Source of the DNA: Ginglymostoma cirratum
Lineage: Eukaryota
Direction of reading: 5' to 3'
Length of the DNA stretch: 64,000 bases
Assembly (NCBI GenBank): GCA_024137785.1
Contig: JAHRHZ010000271.1
Span: forward strand, 8,113,150-8,177,149
The position numbers and the translations under genes were made by a program. The notes under the pieces were generated by a model. It saw nothing but the letters and a program-made list of their open reading frames with translations. It was not told the DNA's origin and did no database searches. Positions 50,946 to 63,698 of the stretch are shown here, one piece after another. Numbering within the stretch: the stretch's first letter is position 1; the number at the start of each line of letters is the position of its first letter.

Positions 50946-51619
50946 AAGCACAGTACATCATTTTGTGAATGTTTCAGCCATTGCAGCCATGGCTATTTAC
51001 ACATGATGAGGTGCACATTCTACAAACTATTTCCGTATTAACATGAAGTAGATCTGAAAGCTGCTGTTCTTCAGATCTTTATCAAGAGCCTTGCTTCTTA
51101 TTCTGTTTCACTTAAATATTCAAGATTTTGCTGCTTAGTTGCTAATTTGTAAATATTTCAGCATCTTTGCCCCTGGAAGCATTACCCAATATTAATGTAA
51201 ATAAATGTTATATTTTGCCAAAGCTGCTTTAATAGTGGTAAAATTTCAGGATAAGTGGTCTTCCCCCCCCCCCCCCCCACCCCAAATTTTTGTAACGACT
51301 GGAACCATCACAAAGTTGAATGGAGTTCTACACATGTCCATATGTTAAAGAGACATAAATTAGCTAATGAATCAGAGCTGACAGACAACATTGCTTTTAT
51401 GCCCAGCAGAATTTAAAGCTTCAGCGTTGTCTCGACACATTATGGTTCCCTTAGTTTTGAAGTATAAACTATTGATGGCACTTTTTTAAGCTTACAGTAT
51501 TCTCATTGTCACAAAGAGCAGCTAGAACACCGTTCGTCTTATGAACTTTTTTTTTCAGCAACAATGATTGCTTCAGTAAAATCAAGGAGATTGTGCAATT
51601 TTTGTTCCTATTTTCTTCA

Positions 51620-51742
51620 ATGAAACAAAGAAACTGTGAATGCTGGAGGTCCGAAACACCAAATAATGTGCTGGTGAAATTCATCAGGTCTGGCAGCATC
51701 TTAAAAGTTAACATTTTAAGTCTACTGGCCCCTCATCAGAAC
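51620..51742 (-). repeat. PLE terminal-repeat fragment (degenerate HHR)
   Basis: Family-B-like; CUGAUGA present on the minus strand but GAAA mutated. Confidence 0.6.
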
Positions 51743-52724
51743 ATTAGAAAAGAAAGTATATGGGTTTAAAAGGGTCAATACTTGATGGCACTTGCTGCAA
51801 ATGTGGTAATTTGAGGACTTTGAAGTGAAAAGGAGCTGTTATGAGACAGAGCTGAGGCTAGTGTGTTCTCAGCAGTTTCTGTAAGTAATATAGGTCATAT
51901 CCAAGTAATCTATAAATAGTAACAGCACTTCATATTATTTACTTAATGAGACTCTTCTAGTTAGACCAGAAAGGTTGCTATCCACACAATGCCATTTCAT
52001 GCTTGGAGAAACCCATACACTCAATACAAAGCCACAGTTGAGGTTTGCACAGTCAAAATCTGTTGCCATTTCTTTTAGCTGGACCCTAAACTTTACAAGT
52101 CAAATTATGGCTCAAAACTGGCTGGTCAGACATCTATTTTTAAGAGGCAATAATCTTGGGTCCCAAAGCTTGTCCACTGACATTGTCAATATCTTAGCAT
52201 TTAGATTCCACCCCATAATCCTAAAATAAAAGTTAATTCTCTCCTTTGAGAGAGCTGCCTTTGATGTTTGCTCAATACCCCTTCTCTCAAAAGGAGGTAA
52301 AATTGCAGGTTAAGTCATCTTGTCCTGCTTTCACTTTATGATCTAGTAGCATTAGCCACGACTATGACAGTAGGTTAACTAGGTGCTCTCTCATTATGCA
52401 AGATGTAGAACAAGAGTAGCAGTTAACAGATGTGTAGTTAAGGGAATTACTTTTGTTTGGCTGCATAAAATCTTTAAAACAGCATCAGCTGTTGTACTTG
52501 CTTCACTCTGTTGTTTTCCCACTGGAGGGTCAAAAGTGCATGAGAGTCAAGGTTTCATTGTCAGTTCGTTGTGGCACAGCTGTCATGTGGATTGGAATGG
52601 TACATGATGTGGATGTGCCACACTCTCATTGAGTTATGTAAAATACTGGACAAAATAAAATCATTCCAGAAAAATTTGGCTGTCAGCTATTGCTGGAATA
52701 AAATATTGGTTAGGCCTTAGCTAG

Positions 52725-53765
52725 AGTATTTTGTGCAGGTCTAGAATTCATATCATAGGAGGGATGTGATTGCATGGAAGATGCAAAAAGGAAATTTATC
52801 AGGGTGTTGCCTGGGCTGGACTGTTTTAGTTATGAAAGGAGATTGGATAGATTGGGATTATTTTCCTTGATGCAGAGGAGACTGAGGGAGGACATGTTTT
52901 GAGACGTATATAAAATTGAGGAGCATCGATAGAGTGGACATAAAGTAATGCTTCCCTAATAAGGCAAAGAACTGTGAATGTTCCCCATTGGGGAGGCACT
53001 GGCCTAGTGGTATTATTGCTGGGCTGTTAATCCAGAAACCCACGTAATGTTCTGTGGATCTGGGTTCGAATCCTGCCACGGCAGATGGTGGAATTTGAAT
53101 TCAATAAATATCTGGAATTAAGAGTCTAATGACGACCGTGAATCCATTGTCAATTGTCGGAAAAACCCATCTGGTTCACTAATGTCCTTTTTAGGGTAGG
53201 AACCTGCCATCCTTACCTGGTCTGGCCTCGTGTGACTCCAGACCCACAGCAGTGCGGTTGACTCTTAACTGCCCTCTGGGCAATTAGGGATGGGCAATAA
53301 ATGCTGCCGAGACAGCGACGTTCTCTTCCCATTAACGAATAAAGGAAAAAAAATGTTGGAAATCTGAAACAAAAACAGAAATTGCTGGAGAAACATAGTA
53401 TGTCGGGAAGCGTCTCTGGAAGAAAATAGAGTTAACTTTGAGTCAAGAGACCCTTCTTCAGAACTTTACTGAATGGTTGATCGATCACTGAGGGGCATGG
53501 AGGGGCAGGAGATTTTGAGGGTATGTGAGGAAACGTTTTCTTACCCAAAGGATAGTGGGACTCCAGAGTTCACTGCTTGTAAGGGTGGTAGAGACAAAAA
53601 CCCTCTTAGTGTTTAAGTATATAGATTTGCACTTGCAATGCCCAGGCAAACAAGGTTATGGACTAAGCGCTGGAAAATGGGATTAGAATAGTTAAGTGCT
53701 TGTTTTTGATGAGTGTAGAGTCAATGAGCTGAAGTCCCTCTTCCTGTGCTGTAGACCTCTATGAC
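52725..53765 (+). mobile_element. CR1 3' fragment with a nested PLE repeat and SINE
   Basis: RRLREDMF-like segment and CR1 3' UTR; interrupted at ~52960-53465. Confidence 0.75.
52990..53353 (+). mobile_element. Young tRNA-derived SINE with CR1-like tail
   Basis: A box TGGCCTAGTGG, B box GGTTCGAATCC, tail gggcaattagggatgggcaataaatgctg shared with the local CR1-like LINE 3' ends, A-rich end. Confidence 0.88.
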
Positions 53766-53824
53766 ATGATCCTCAATGCTTTGAAAATGCTGCAAAGAAT
53801 CAACTATTCAAATCCACACTTTGG

Positions 53825-54140
53825 ATTTTTCTTTTATTCATTAATGGGAATGTGGGGGTCGCTGGCTGGGCCAGCATTTATTGCCCATCCCTAGTTATCC
53901 ATCGGAAGGTGGTGGTGAGCTACCTCCTTGACCTGCTGAGGTCCATTTTGATATGGGTAAACCCACAATGCTGTGGAAGTGGGTTCTAGGATTTTAACCC
54001 AGTGACAGTGAAGGAATGGTGATATGTTTTCAAGTCAGGATGGTGATTGGCTTGGAGGAGAACTTGCAGGCAATGGTGCTTCCATGTATTTACTGCCTTT
54101 GTCCTTCTAGATGGAAGTGGTTGTGGGATGGGAAGGAACT
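53825..54140 (-). mobile_element. CR1-like LINE 3' end
   Basis: Reverse complement of the shared tail; matches 24940-25310. Confidence 0.75.
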
Positions 54141-55437
54141 AAAGTTTAAGTATGGTCCTAAAATGTGGCCTGAGGAAAATTGAAGTAGTACTTCTGTGGC
54201 AAGTTGGAATGGAGTATTCCAAAAGAAATTTGAATCTGTGGTTGGCTGGTTTCTGGAGAGCATTAGAAGCAGCGGAAAAGAAAAAGATGCTGATGCAGGG
54301 GGTTATTTGAGACCATTTAGGCTTCACTTACAACAGTTATGACATGGTTTCATCACAGTAACATTATCTGGTCCCTGAAAATATTCAGTAGCTTGAGCCG
54401 AGTACTAACCAGTTGGACAAGAGGGGAAAAAAAACTTAACCAGCTTTCTTTTAAAAAAAAAATCAAACCTTTAAGCCATTGTAATTAATTTTTATTTTTC
54501 TTGGAGTCATCAATTAGATTACTGCATTGTCAATGCTTCATAGATACTCTTTCATAGTGCATTACCAAGGACCTTATTGAATTGCAAGCTGTATACTCAC
54601 TCAATGATTGAAGTAATTTGCTTCTAATTTAATGGCTTGTAAAAATGATCTGGCTTCCAGATCAATTATGCATTCTACCAAGATAAACTGCTGCCCCCTT
54701 GAAAAGACTGATGAATTTGTGTAGTTTCTTTTCCAGTTATGCACTGATCAACTAATGACCAAAAAGGCTTAAATGATTCTTGTATTTCAAAAAGATGATT
54801 AAACTCAATAAAGATGTAAAAAGTTGTGCTCTTTCAAATGCTGTCATCTAGTTAATGGTTCAGTTTTTTATAGTGTTATTCTCAGTTACGGATTGTTAAC
54901 ATTTAAAAAGATATTCAAGTAACTTGTTTTGAACAGTACCACAAGATTTAACTTTAACAGAAAAAAATTTATACTATGTAGACAAACTACATGAGGTCTA
55001 TTATCTTCATTCAGGTATACTCCTTACTTTCCTACAATTCTCTTGTATGATAAACATTAATAAAAATTTTAGAAATAAGATTTGAAAATAGAAGCGGATG
55101 AGTGCTGGTTACTTCTGTGAAGGTTCTTTTTCTTACAAAAAGGACCAGAGAGACCTTCCAGAATGGTGACTTAAATCCAGCATTTGTTAGGAAACTGCAG
55201 GCTCCTGTGATTTTAATGGAAATTGGTTTATATTTTTGGGTTTATAACAGGTAGTGTAAACGTCTAATGTTATTAGTTTTGTTTTCATTTCAGAAGATTC
55301 TAGGATTAAGCAAGTTTTTTTTGTTTTGTTTACAAAGGAGTTAGAAAACACCAACAATGAGGGCAGAAGCAAGTTTATTTTCTCTCCCAGAAGGGGTGCA
55401 GGGTAATTTTGGGAACTGGGCAATTCCGCAAAAGAGA

Positions 55438-55800
55438 TGTGATGGTGTAATGGTATTATTGCTAGACTATTAACCCAGAGACCCAGTAATATTCTGGGGA
55501 CTGCCGTGGCATATGGTAGGGTACGAAATCAATCTTTCTAAAAAAAAAGGAATTAAGAGTCTAATGCTGACTATGAAACCAGTATGGCTTGTAAGAAACC
55601 ATCTGGTTCACTAATGTCCTTTTTTGTTTGCCTTTTTGAAAGGAAGGAAATCTGCTGTTCTTACCTGGTCTGGCCTGTGTCCAACTTTAGATCCACAGCA
55701 ATGTGGCTGACTCTTAACTGCCCTCTTCGCAATTGGGGATAGGCATTGAATGCTTGTTCAGTGGCCAACTCCCACATCCTACGAATAAATAAATAAAAAG
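55438..55800 (+). mobile_element. tRNA-derived SINE
   Basis: Same family as 52990-53353; B box deleted. Confidence 0.78.
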
Positions 55801-56274
55801 TTTGTGATGCTTCCAAGCCAGGAAGAATTTGGTTAGGAATCTGCAGGATTTAGAATTGAGAAAGCGTAGGCTGTCAGATTCCTGGAAAGTTCTTGTTGGC
55901 AGAATTGGAATGGACTCGAGGAATTGTCCCCACAGTCCATGACACAGAAATTTCAGGAGTCAGCAAAGTAGAAAGTTTTAAAGTTGACATGGGGTGATAA
56001 TTTCTCAGGATCTGAGTCTCTGTAATGGATAGTGTCAGGAAACATGTTGAAACTGTTTCACTGTGTGTTTTGAAATCGTTCTGTCTTCCATGCTTTGGCT
56101 TGGTTTTTTACCTGATTCTTCAATTGTGTAATAAATGTTTCTTATGTTAAAGAAAATTTGCAGCCTTGTGTGTATGTGTATCAATGATGACAATCGTGTT
56201 AATAAAATAAACAAAATGTAAACGTGTGATCTATTGAACTCCATCATTCACCTTCCTAAACTTGAAAATTTGTC

Positions 56275-56460
56275 TCCGTTCCTTCAGTGTTGCTGGGTCA
56301 AAATCCTGGAATTCTCTGCCTAAAACAGCAATGTGGGTCTGCCTATAGCATGTGGAATGCAGCAATTCAAGAAGGCAGCTCACCTCATCTTAAGGGCAGC
56401 TAGGAATGGGCAATAAATGTGGACCATCCAGTGACACCAAAGTCCCACAAGTGAATAAAA
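56275..56460 (+). mobile_element. CR1-like LINE 3' tail
   Basis: ccttcagtgttgctgggtcaaaatcctggaa...gggcaataaatg. Confidence 0.75.
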
Positions 56461-59189
56461 CAAAACCAGTTTCATTCTGCCTTGTCCGGTCGTACTTTCG
56501 GCTGGGACCATAGCACTTGTAAAGCACAGCATTAAATTATTTTGCTCCTGTGGGGACTGCTGAAAAGGATGCTATAATGCTCTGGAGATTTCTCCTCTGC
56601 TCCAGATGCATTCAGAGGTAGATCTTTCGACTTACCATCTCTTGACTTTGGTTGCTCTTGTTTTGTTTACTTTTCAAAATTACAAGCTTATTCCGCCGAA
56701 GACTCTTTATTTTGCAACAAGACTCTGAGGTAATTGATTCTCCCACTAGCTTCAAACTGGGCAACCCCATAACTCTAGTTTCGTCACAAGATTCAAGCAG
56801 AGATAGAGTCTCCCCTCTTTATTTCATGCAGTCAATGGTAACATTAATTCTTTGCTCTGCTTACAGTGCAAGTTTATCTGTTATTTACTTTAGCTAACCT
56901 CTGAGTGAGCTGCAAACCAGATGAAGCCCATAAGCACCCAAATAAATAGAAACCAGAGAATCTCCCTTAATCTCCACCCATAACCTGTTCTGGGTTGTCC
57001 TCAACCTAAACCTTTCAAGTTAATTGTCTGTGATTTTATTTCTTTTTGCTCTGATAATGGGTTTTTACAATCATCCAAGCTTGGCTGCAGGCTTTAAAAC
57101 TAATTTTACAATGACTTGCAAAACAAAAACAGCTCTGAGTTTCTTTGCAAACATTGCAAACATCATACCTATAGCTCTTTAACTGACCAAACTTCCTGTT
57201 TTGTAGCTTTTCTTTTACTCCAAATGTTTTAACCTTCAGACCTGAGAGTTATCTTATTAAAATTTTAAATTATAGTCTAAAACACGTAAAACATGAACTT
57301 AATATTCACACCGATAGTTAAGGATGGGAAAGTTTTTCCTGGCATTCAAATGTATCATTTTGTGAAACTACATGAGAAGCCAAATTAAAATGCATGTGTT
57401 GCAAGGTTAAAAAGAGTGAAGCACAAGACACGACGAATTGGGATGCAAGAATTAATTGTTGTTCAAGTTTTAAAAGCCACAAGATAAGGGAAAGAAAGGA
57501 AGAGTGAGGGGTGTGAAGGAACCTCAGTTTTGAGGATCCGGGAAGGAAAGTTGAAGGTTGGAGTTGCAATAATTATTCAGATTCAAAACCATGCATACAC
57601 GGGGAGATGCAAAAATGTATACCATGATGTGCTTGCAGTTTATAAGGATAAAGGTTGCTACAGATGAGATTAATATATTGTAGGAGGTGGAGCAAGTATA
57701 ATGGAGCCTAGAAACGCAAGGTGTCAAATATTAAACACGTCCTTACAAAAGGAATAATACACTTCAAATGATCTGTCAATTAGAGTAACTGATTTGAAGA
57801 TTCCAATGTACTTAAATATTGGGCTTGGCTTTTAAGGACTTGAGTACTAGAAAAGTAAGAGGCAGTGGATTGAACTTTGATTTCTTATCATTGTGATCTT
57901 AAAAGAATGGCTATTAATGTATGATCCTGACTGGGATACAGCTCCAATTGCGAATGGGATGTCTGGCTTATGATTTTTCTTTTTTTTTTCACACTACTAC
58001 CTGCCAGCTTGGATTCTGAGGACAGTTCTGGCACCCTCTTTTGTTTCCCTCCTGGAAATGAAGCAGCTGCACAGACAGGGATTTGAAGCTGGAATGGTGG
58101 GTCAGATTTCTGATGAGTCAAGTTGACTCAGGAGCCCTTAAAAATGGAGCCCAAGACTTGATTCTGGAATTCTAGACTCCATTCCCAGACTTTCCAGTTT
58201 TCACTCCAGTCAGTTAAGGGGTGCAGGCTTTTGGGTTGTAAACCTGCACCTCTCAGCCTGACTATTTGCATTGCAAGATAGACAAGGCCTACTCCTTCGT
58301 GGTTTTCATGGAGTTGGGCTAGGTTTTTAAAGGATTGTTATTCATAGCACATCAGGAACATGTATTTCAGCATGAGTGATCTTTTCAAAATAGAAGCACA
58401 ATAGGTCACCTGCTTGCCCTCCATGCCAACACGCCTCCAATCACTGTCCCCCCCACTCCCATGGCTTCTCATGTCCCAGTGCCAAATAAATGGAACTTTT
58501 TTAGTGATTTTTAACACAGTGAAAAATGTTGAATGGATCCTATATTTAAAACCTGCTTTTACTGTCACTATAGGATTCATTGCTTTTACACTGTGTATGG
58601 TGAGTGGCTAGATAGTGAAGAGCCACGCATTGGCACGGAGACGTGAAGTGCCATAGCGGATGTTTGAGAGGCATGAGGTGGCATGAATGGGCCATGGGGA
58701 ATACGTGGGGGACTTAGGAGGTATGAGGGGTGAGGACTGCAGGGTCTTACTTCAGAGTCTTTGTACAGCTTGGATGAAGTCCCACAGATCAAGCTTGCCT
58801 TTCAAACTGTCTGCCTCCATACACTGAGAACAGCCCAATTGTAGCTGATACCTATCCCCTGGAAATGAAGATCACCACCCCAGAGTCAGGGTATCCAAGG
58901 TGGGTATTTAAAATTGGGAATTTTTCCAACTCCCACTAGCTGCCTCAAATGAAAATCAGGCCCTTTGATTCAGTGTGGCTTTGTACAAAAGATGCTCGCT
59001 GCACTGACTAGTAGGTAGAATCTATCCATGATATTCTTTTTGATATGCCTATTCAAACAGTTGCTGGTTTATGTGCCTGCTGATTTTTAACCCCAACCCC
59101 CACGTTCCTAATGTTTCAGTTCCCCAAAATGATGCATGTGCAATGTTTATTGCAAGTCAGTGGGATATGTGAAACATAACATTCTATTT

Positions 59190-59330
59190 CTGTTCTGAAG
59201 AAGGGTCACTGGACCCAAAATGTTAACTCTCCTCTCCTACCAGAGGTGCTGTCAAACCTACGGAATTTTTCCAGCAATTTCTGTTTGTGTTTCAGATTTC
59301 TAGCATCCACATTTTTCTTTTTTTTTTGTT
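59190..59330 (+). repeat. PLE family-B terminal repeat; HHR with core G12 mutated
   Basis: GUU-CUGAAGA-A-GGGUC-ACUG-GACCC-aAAAU-GUU/AAC. Confidence 0.75.
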
Positions 59331-59502
59331 TAATGTTTAACTCACTGCCACATCTCTTCCAGGTATGCCCACCTTGAGGAAGTTCTGTTCCTCTTTCCAA
59401 CAGGATTTCTATTCTCATCTTTTATTTTTTTGTTTGTCGTCATTACAAAGTTTGTTGCTATCGCTGTTTGACAAAGTATTGGCCAAAACTCGTTTCCACT
59501 AC

Positions 59503-59635
59503 CTGTTCTGAAGGGTCACTGGACCCAAAATATTAACTCTGCTTTCTCTCCACAGATGCTGCGAGATCTGAGTTTTTCCAGCAATTTCAGTTTTTGTTTT
59601 GGATTTCCAACATCCACTGTTCTTTATTCATTTTT
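59503..59635 (+). repeat. PLE family-B terminal repeat, degenerate HHR
   Basis: Near-copy of 59190-59330 with a 3-nt core deletion. Confidence 0.75.
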
Positions 59636-60664
59636 TGAAAATATTTGGCTGCATACTTTTTTTTTGTCAAGGATCATTTTGCTCTGTAACTGTAGACGGA
59701 ATTATTGATGGTTACTGGTTATAACCAGTTGGGAGAAATTTGAGGTGAAGAATTCAAAGCATTACAGAGGATGCTAGCCATCAACTTAAGAGCATTGGCT
59801 TTAAATATGAATTTACTCATTGCTTTCTCTTAGAATTCACCTAGTAGTGCTCTGCACACTGCATGCAGTAGATCTGTTCTCAAAGGAGCATACAGAGTCA
59901 GAAAAGCCCATTTGAATAATAGTTATTTGAGGAAGGCTCTGAAAAGTGGCTGGCATTTGTGAGACTAGATTGAGTGCCTCAGATGATAAGAGCAAAGCTG
60001 GAGAGACAATGAAGAAAACAGATATCCCAGATGTCATCAAATGACATTTCATTGTATAATAGCGACTTGTCAAATGGCTATGTATGCTTTGTAATTGCAC
60101 TTGATCAGGGCTACTGAGTATGAGATAAGATGACAAGATCTCAGGAAGAGGCTTGTAGTAAACATTTCCATTGAAGAGTCTGTCTGAAGGACACAACGTT
60201 AAGGAAAAGGCTTAGTTTGCCTATTCAAAGGACCCTATGTCTAAAAGAATTCAGACTAGCCATGTAAAGTACTTCCTCAATGGAATGTAGTAATATTCGT
60301 GACTTTGTGTGTGGTGATGCCTGAAACAGATACAATCTTCCCTATATTTTAACTAATCCCATGGTGTAAATAATTTGAATCCCTTGGTTACATCCATTTA
60401 GCATACCATTAGGGCCAGAAAGAATAACTTGTCTGAGGAAAGATGGAAATAATTTAATCTAGTGTAAAACTGACCATGAGCTAATTGTGTTTTGCATAAT
60501 CATGTAAGAATACGAATTTATTTTACCCAATAAATGTTATGAGCTGAATTGCATGGCAAAAGTGCCCGAAGTGTTTTGTTTAGTTTCTTTTCTTTCTTTC
60601 TCTCCCGAGTAAATGCCCCCATGATTTGGAAAAGTCTCTGATACGCATACTGAACCCTAACAGT

Positions 60665-61410
60665 GTGAAAATTATTACTGTCACAAGTACCAAGGTACAG
60701 TGAAAAGTGTTGTCTTACACGCTTTCCAGGCCAGTCATACGATACAAGTGCATCAGGGTGACAGAAGAGAGTTACAGCTGCCAAGAAGGTGCAGAAAGAT
60801 ATCAGCATTAACATTAAGGAGGCCTGTTCAAAAGTCTGGTAACAGGGAAGAAGCTGTTCTTGAATCAGTTTGTCCATGTGTAGAAACTTCTACCTAATGG
60901 AAGAGAGTATAACTGCAATAGGAGGGGTCTTTGATAATGTTGGTTGTTTTCCCGATGCAGCGGGAAGTATAGATGAAGTCGATGGATGGAAGGCTGATTT
61001 GTGTGTTGGACTGGGCTGTGTTCACAACTCTGTAGTTTCTTTTGGTTTTGGGAAGAGCAGTAGCCACACCCTGCTGTGATGCAGCTAAATAGGATGCTTT
61101 CTGTGGTGCATTTATAAAAAAAATTGTAATAGTCTTTATGGACGTGCTGAATTTCCTTTGTCTCCTGAAGAAGTAGAGGTCTTGCTGTGCTTTCTTGACC
61201 ATAGTGTCAACATGGGTGGACCAGGACAGATTGGTGATTGTCATTCCCAGGAACATGACAGTCTTGACTGTCCTCCACTACAACATCATTGGTGCAGACA
61301 GGTGCATGGCTTCCAGTCTGCTTCCGGAAATCTATGGCCAGCTCCTTTCTTGTGCTGACGCTGAAGGAGAGATTGTTGGCTTTACACCATGCTGTTAAAT
61401 GCTCTATCTC
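60665..61410 (-). mobile_element. Rex1/Babar-clade LINE 3' part
   Basis: ORF 60894-61256(-) FLGMTITNLSWSTHVDTMVKKAQQDLYFFRRQRKF is typical of the Rex-Babar C-terminus. Confidence 0.8.
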
Positions 61411-61805
61411 CTTCCTGTAATATATAATAAATACCTCTGAAATTATAGAAAAGTTTGAAATAATTTACCTTAATTGCCTTTCTGCTGTGTTGGTCCCACT
61501 TGCCCAACTGTTCTTTCAGTGGGACAATAAGGTAAAAGCTAAGGCCAGTCAGCCCATTGATCTTGATCCTTTGTTGTATTTCATTTTGCCTGACCAGTCG
61601 TTCAATCTTTAATCCCCTAATGCCTCTGATGTCAGTATCTTCTATGGTTGACCATTCCAAATTTTTATCACGTTTCAGTAAATAAAACACTTCATAAGAT
61701 CTGTTCTGAATTTTGCTCTTCAGTGATTTTATTTGCCTCTTAATTTTTCCGATCTGCTAGGACTGATTTTTGAAATAGAGATTTAAAAAGTTAATTATAA
61801 ATTTT

Positions 61806-63698
61806 AAGGTTTTGGAGTAGATTTGTAGCTCGGGTTGTGGGTGATGAGGTTGGTTGGCTCGCCGAGCTGGTTTGTTGTTCCGCAGATATTTCGTTACCCT
61901 GCTGGGTAATATCATCAGTGCAGCCTCCGGTGAAGCGTCGGTGTGTTTTCCCACCTGGTTTTTAAACTCTGGGGTCCGTTGAGATGGATTGCCTCACTTC
62001 CGGTTTTCCTTCATAGTGGAGTGTATGTGGAGTCGAGTTCTATGTTTATTAATGGCTTTCTTCGTGGAGTGCCAGGCTTTTAGGAATTCCCATGGCTGTC
62101 TCTGCTTAGCTTGTCCCAGTCGACTTGGTGGTTCTCCTTATCCATGTGGATTAAGAGGAGTGAGTATTGGTCGTGTCTTTTTGTAGCCAGTTGGTGTTCA
62201 TGTATCCTTTTGTTGTTAGTTTCCTTCCTGTTTGTCCAATGTAATGTTTCTCTCAGTCTCTGCAGGGGATCTTGTAGATGACATTGGCCCTGTCCATGGC
62301 AGGGGTTGGGTCTTTAGTTCAGGTGAGCAGTTGTCGTAGGGTTGATGTGGGCTTGTGTGCCACTCTGATGCCCAGCGGTCGTAGGAGTCTTGTGGTTAGT
62401 TCCGATGTGTTCCTGATGTATGGTAGTGTGTGTGTGTGTCAGGACTTGTGGTCTGCCTGATGTTGTTCGTGTAGGCATCTTCTGACCCAATTTTTTGGAT
62501 ATCCGTTATCCTTGAAAACCTGGAAGGGGTATTCTTCTTCCTCTTGGCGTAGTTCCGTGTTGCTGCAGTGTGTTGTTGCCCATTTAAACAGTGTTCGCAC
62601 GCAGCTTCGTTTGTGTGTGTTGGGATGGTTACTGTTGAAGTTCAGTACCTGGTCCGTGTGTGTGGTTTTTCTGTGTACTTTCGTTTGGAGTTCCACATTT
62701 GTCTTAAGCTGTACCATGAAGACCAAGAAAGGGAGCTGTTTGTTCTTCTCTCTGGTGAATTTTATTCTGGTCAGGGTGTTGTTTATAAGTTTGTGTGTGT
62801 CTCCTCTAGTTTGGTCCATCTTAATGATGACAAAGGTGTCATCCACGTAGTGTATCTATCGTCTTGGGTGGATTAGCGGAAGGGCCGTCCTTTCTAGTCT
62901 TTGCATCACTGCCTCTGCTATGAGTCCGGAGATGGGTGTCCCGTTGATTTGTTCGTATGTTTGGCCGTTGAAAGTGAAGTGGGCGGTGAGGCATAGGTCC
63001 AGTAGTTTGAGCACGTTGTCTGTGGAGATGGTTTCACTGGGGTCTTGCTCTTGTTCCAGTAGTGCTGTCATTGTTTCCCTTGCTAGTTGTATGTCTATTG
63101 ATGTGAATAGGGCAGTGACATCAAACGATATCATGGTCTCCTCGTCGTCTATCCTTATGTCTTTTGATGTAGTTGAGGAACTCTTGGCCTGAGTGGATTG
63201 AGTGGGGTGACTTGCTGACGAGGTGCCCGAGTGTCCTTTGTAGTTCCTTGGCTAATCTGTGTGATGGAATGCCTGGCAGGGAGACTGTGGGTCTAAGGGG
63301 TACTTCCGGCTTGTGCACTTTCAGGAGGCCATAGAATCGGGATGTGTTGGTTCCTTCAGTTTTCATTTTTAAGAAGTCTGCTTTGTTGATCACTCCTGTC
63401 TAAGTCTTTTTAGTGTGTAGAGGATTTTGTTGCCTAGTTGCGGTGTCAGGTCAGTTTGTACTGGCCGGTATGTGTTCTCATCGGCGAGCAGTGCCTGTGC
63501 CTTGGAGATGTAGTCCCTTTTATTCAGTATTACTGTCATGTGCCCTTTGTCTGTGGGTAGTATAGTGATGTTCTAGTCCTTCCAGGGCCTGTCTTTCCAA
63601 TGTGTTGAGAGTGTTGAGTTCGCTCCTTCTGGCTAGTGACGGGATTACTGTCTGCCTTATCGTTCGTTGTGTTTCTTCGTTGATGTTGTTGGTCCTGC
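61806..63698 (-). mobile_element. Penelope/Poseidon-clade PLE: RT, GIY-YIG and terminal repeat, frameshifted
   Basis: FYGLLKVHKPEVPLRPTVS, ISFDVTALFTSI, YEQINGTPISG, YVDDTF, VHRKTTHTD, IYKIPCRD; terminal repeat matches 46030-46232. Confidence 0.95.
61882..61921 (-). ncRNA. Minimal hammerhead ribozyme motif (family D), partly mutated
   Basis: GCA-CUGAUGA-U-AUUACCC-AGCA-GGGUAAC-GAAA-U-AUC/UGC; A-C mismatch at the base of stem II. Confidence 0.6.

Noticed and set aside
59190-59635. CRISPR-like repeat-spacer arrangement
   Set aside because: Two dispersed PLE terminal repeats about 300 bp apart; eukaryotic context, no array, no cas genes.
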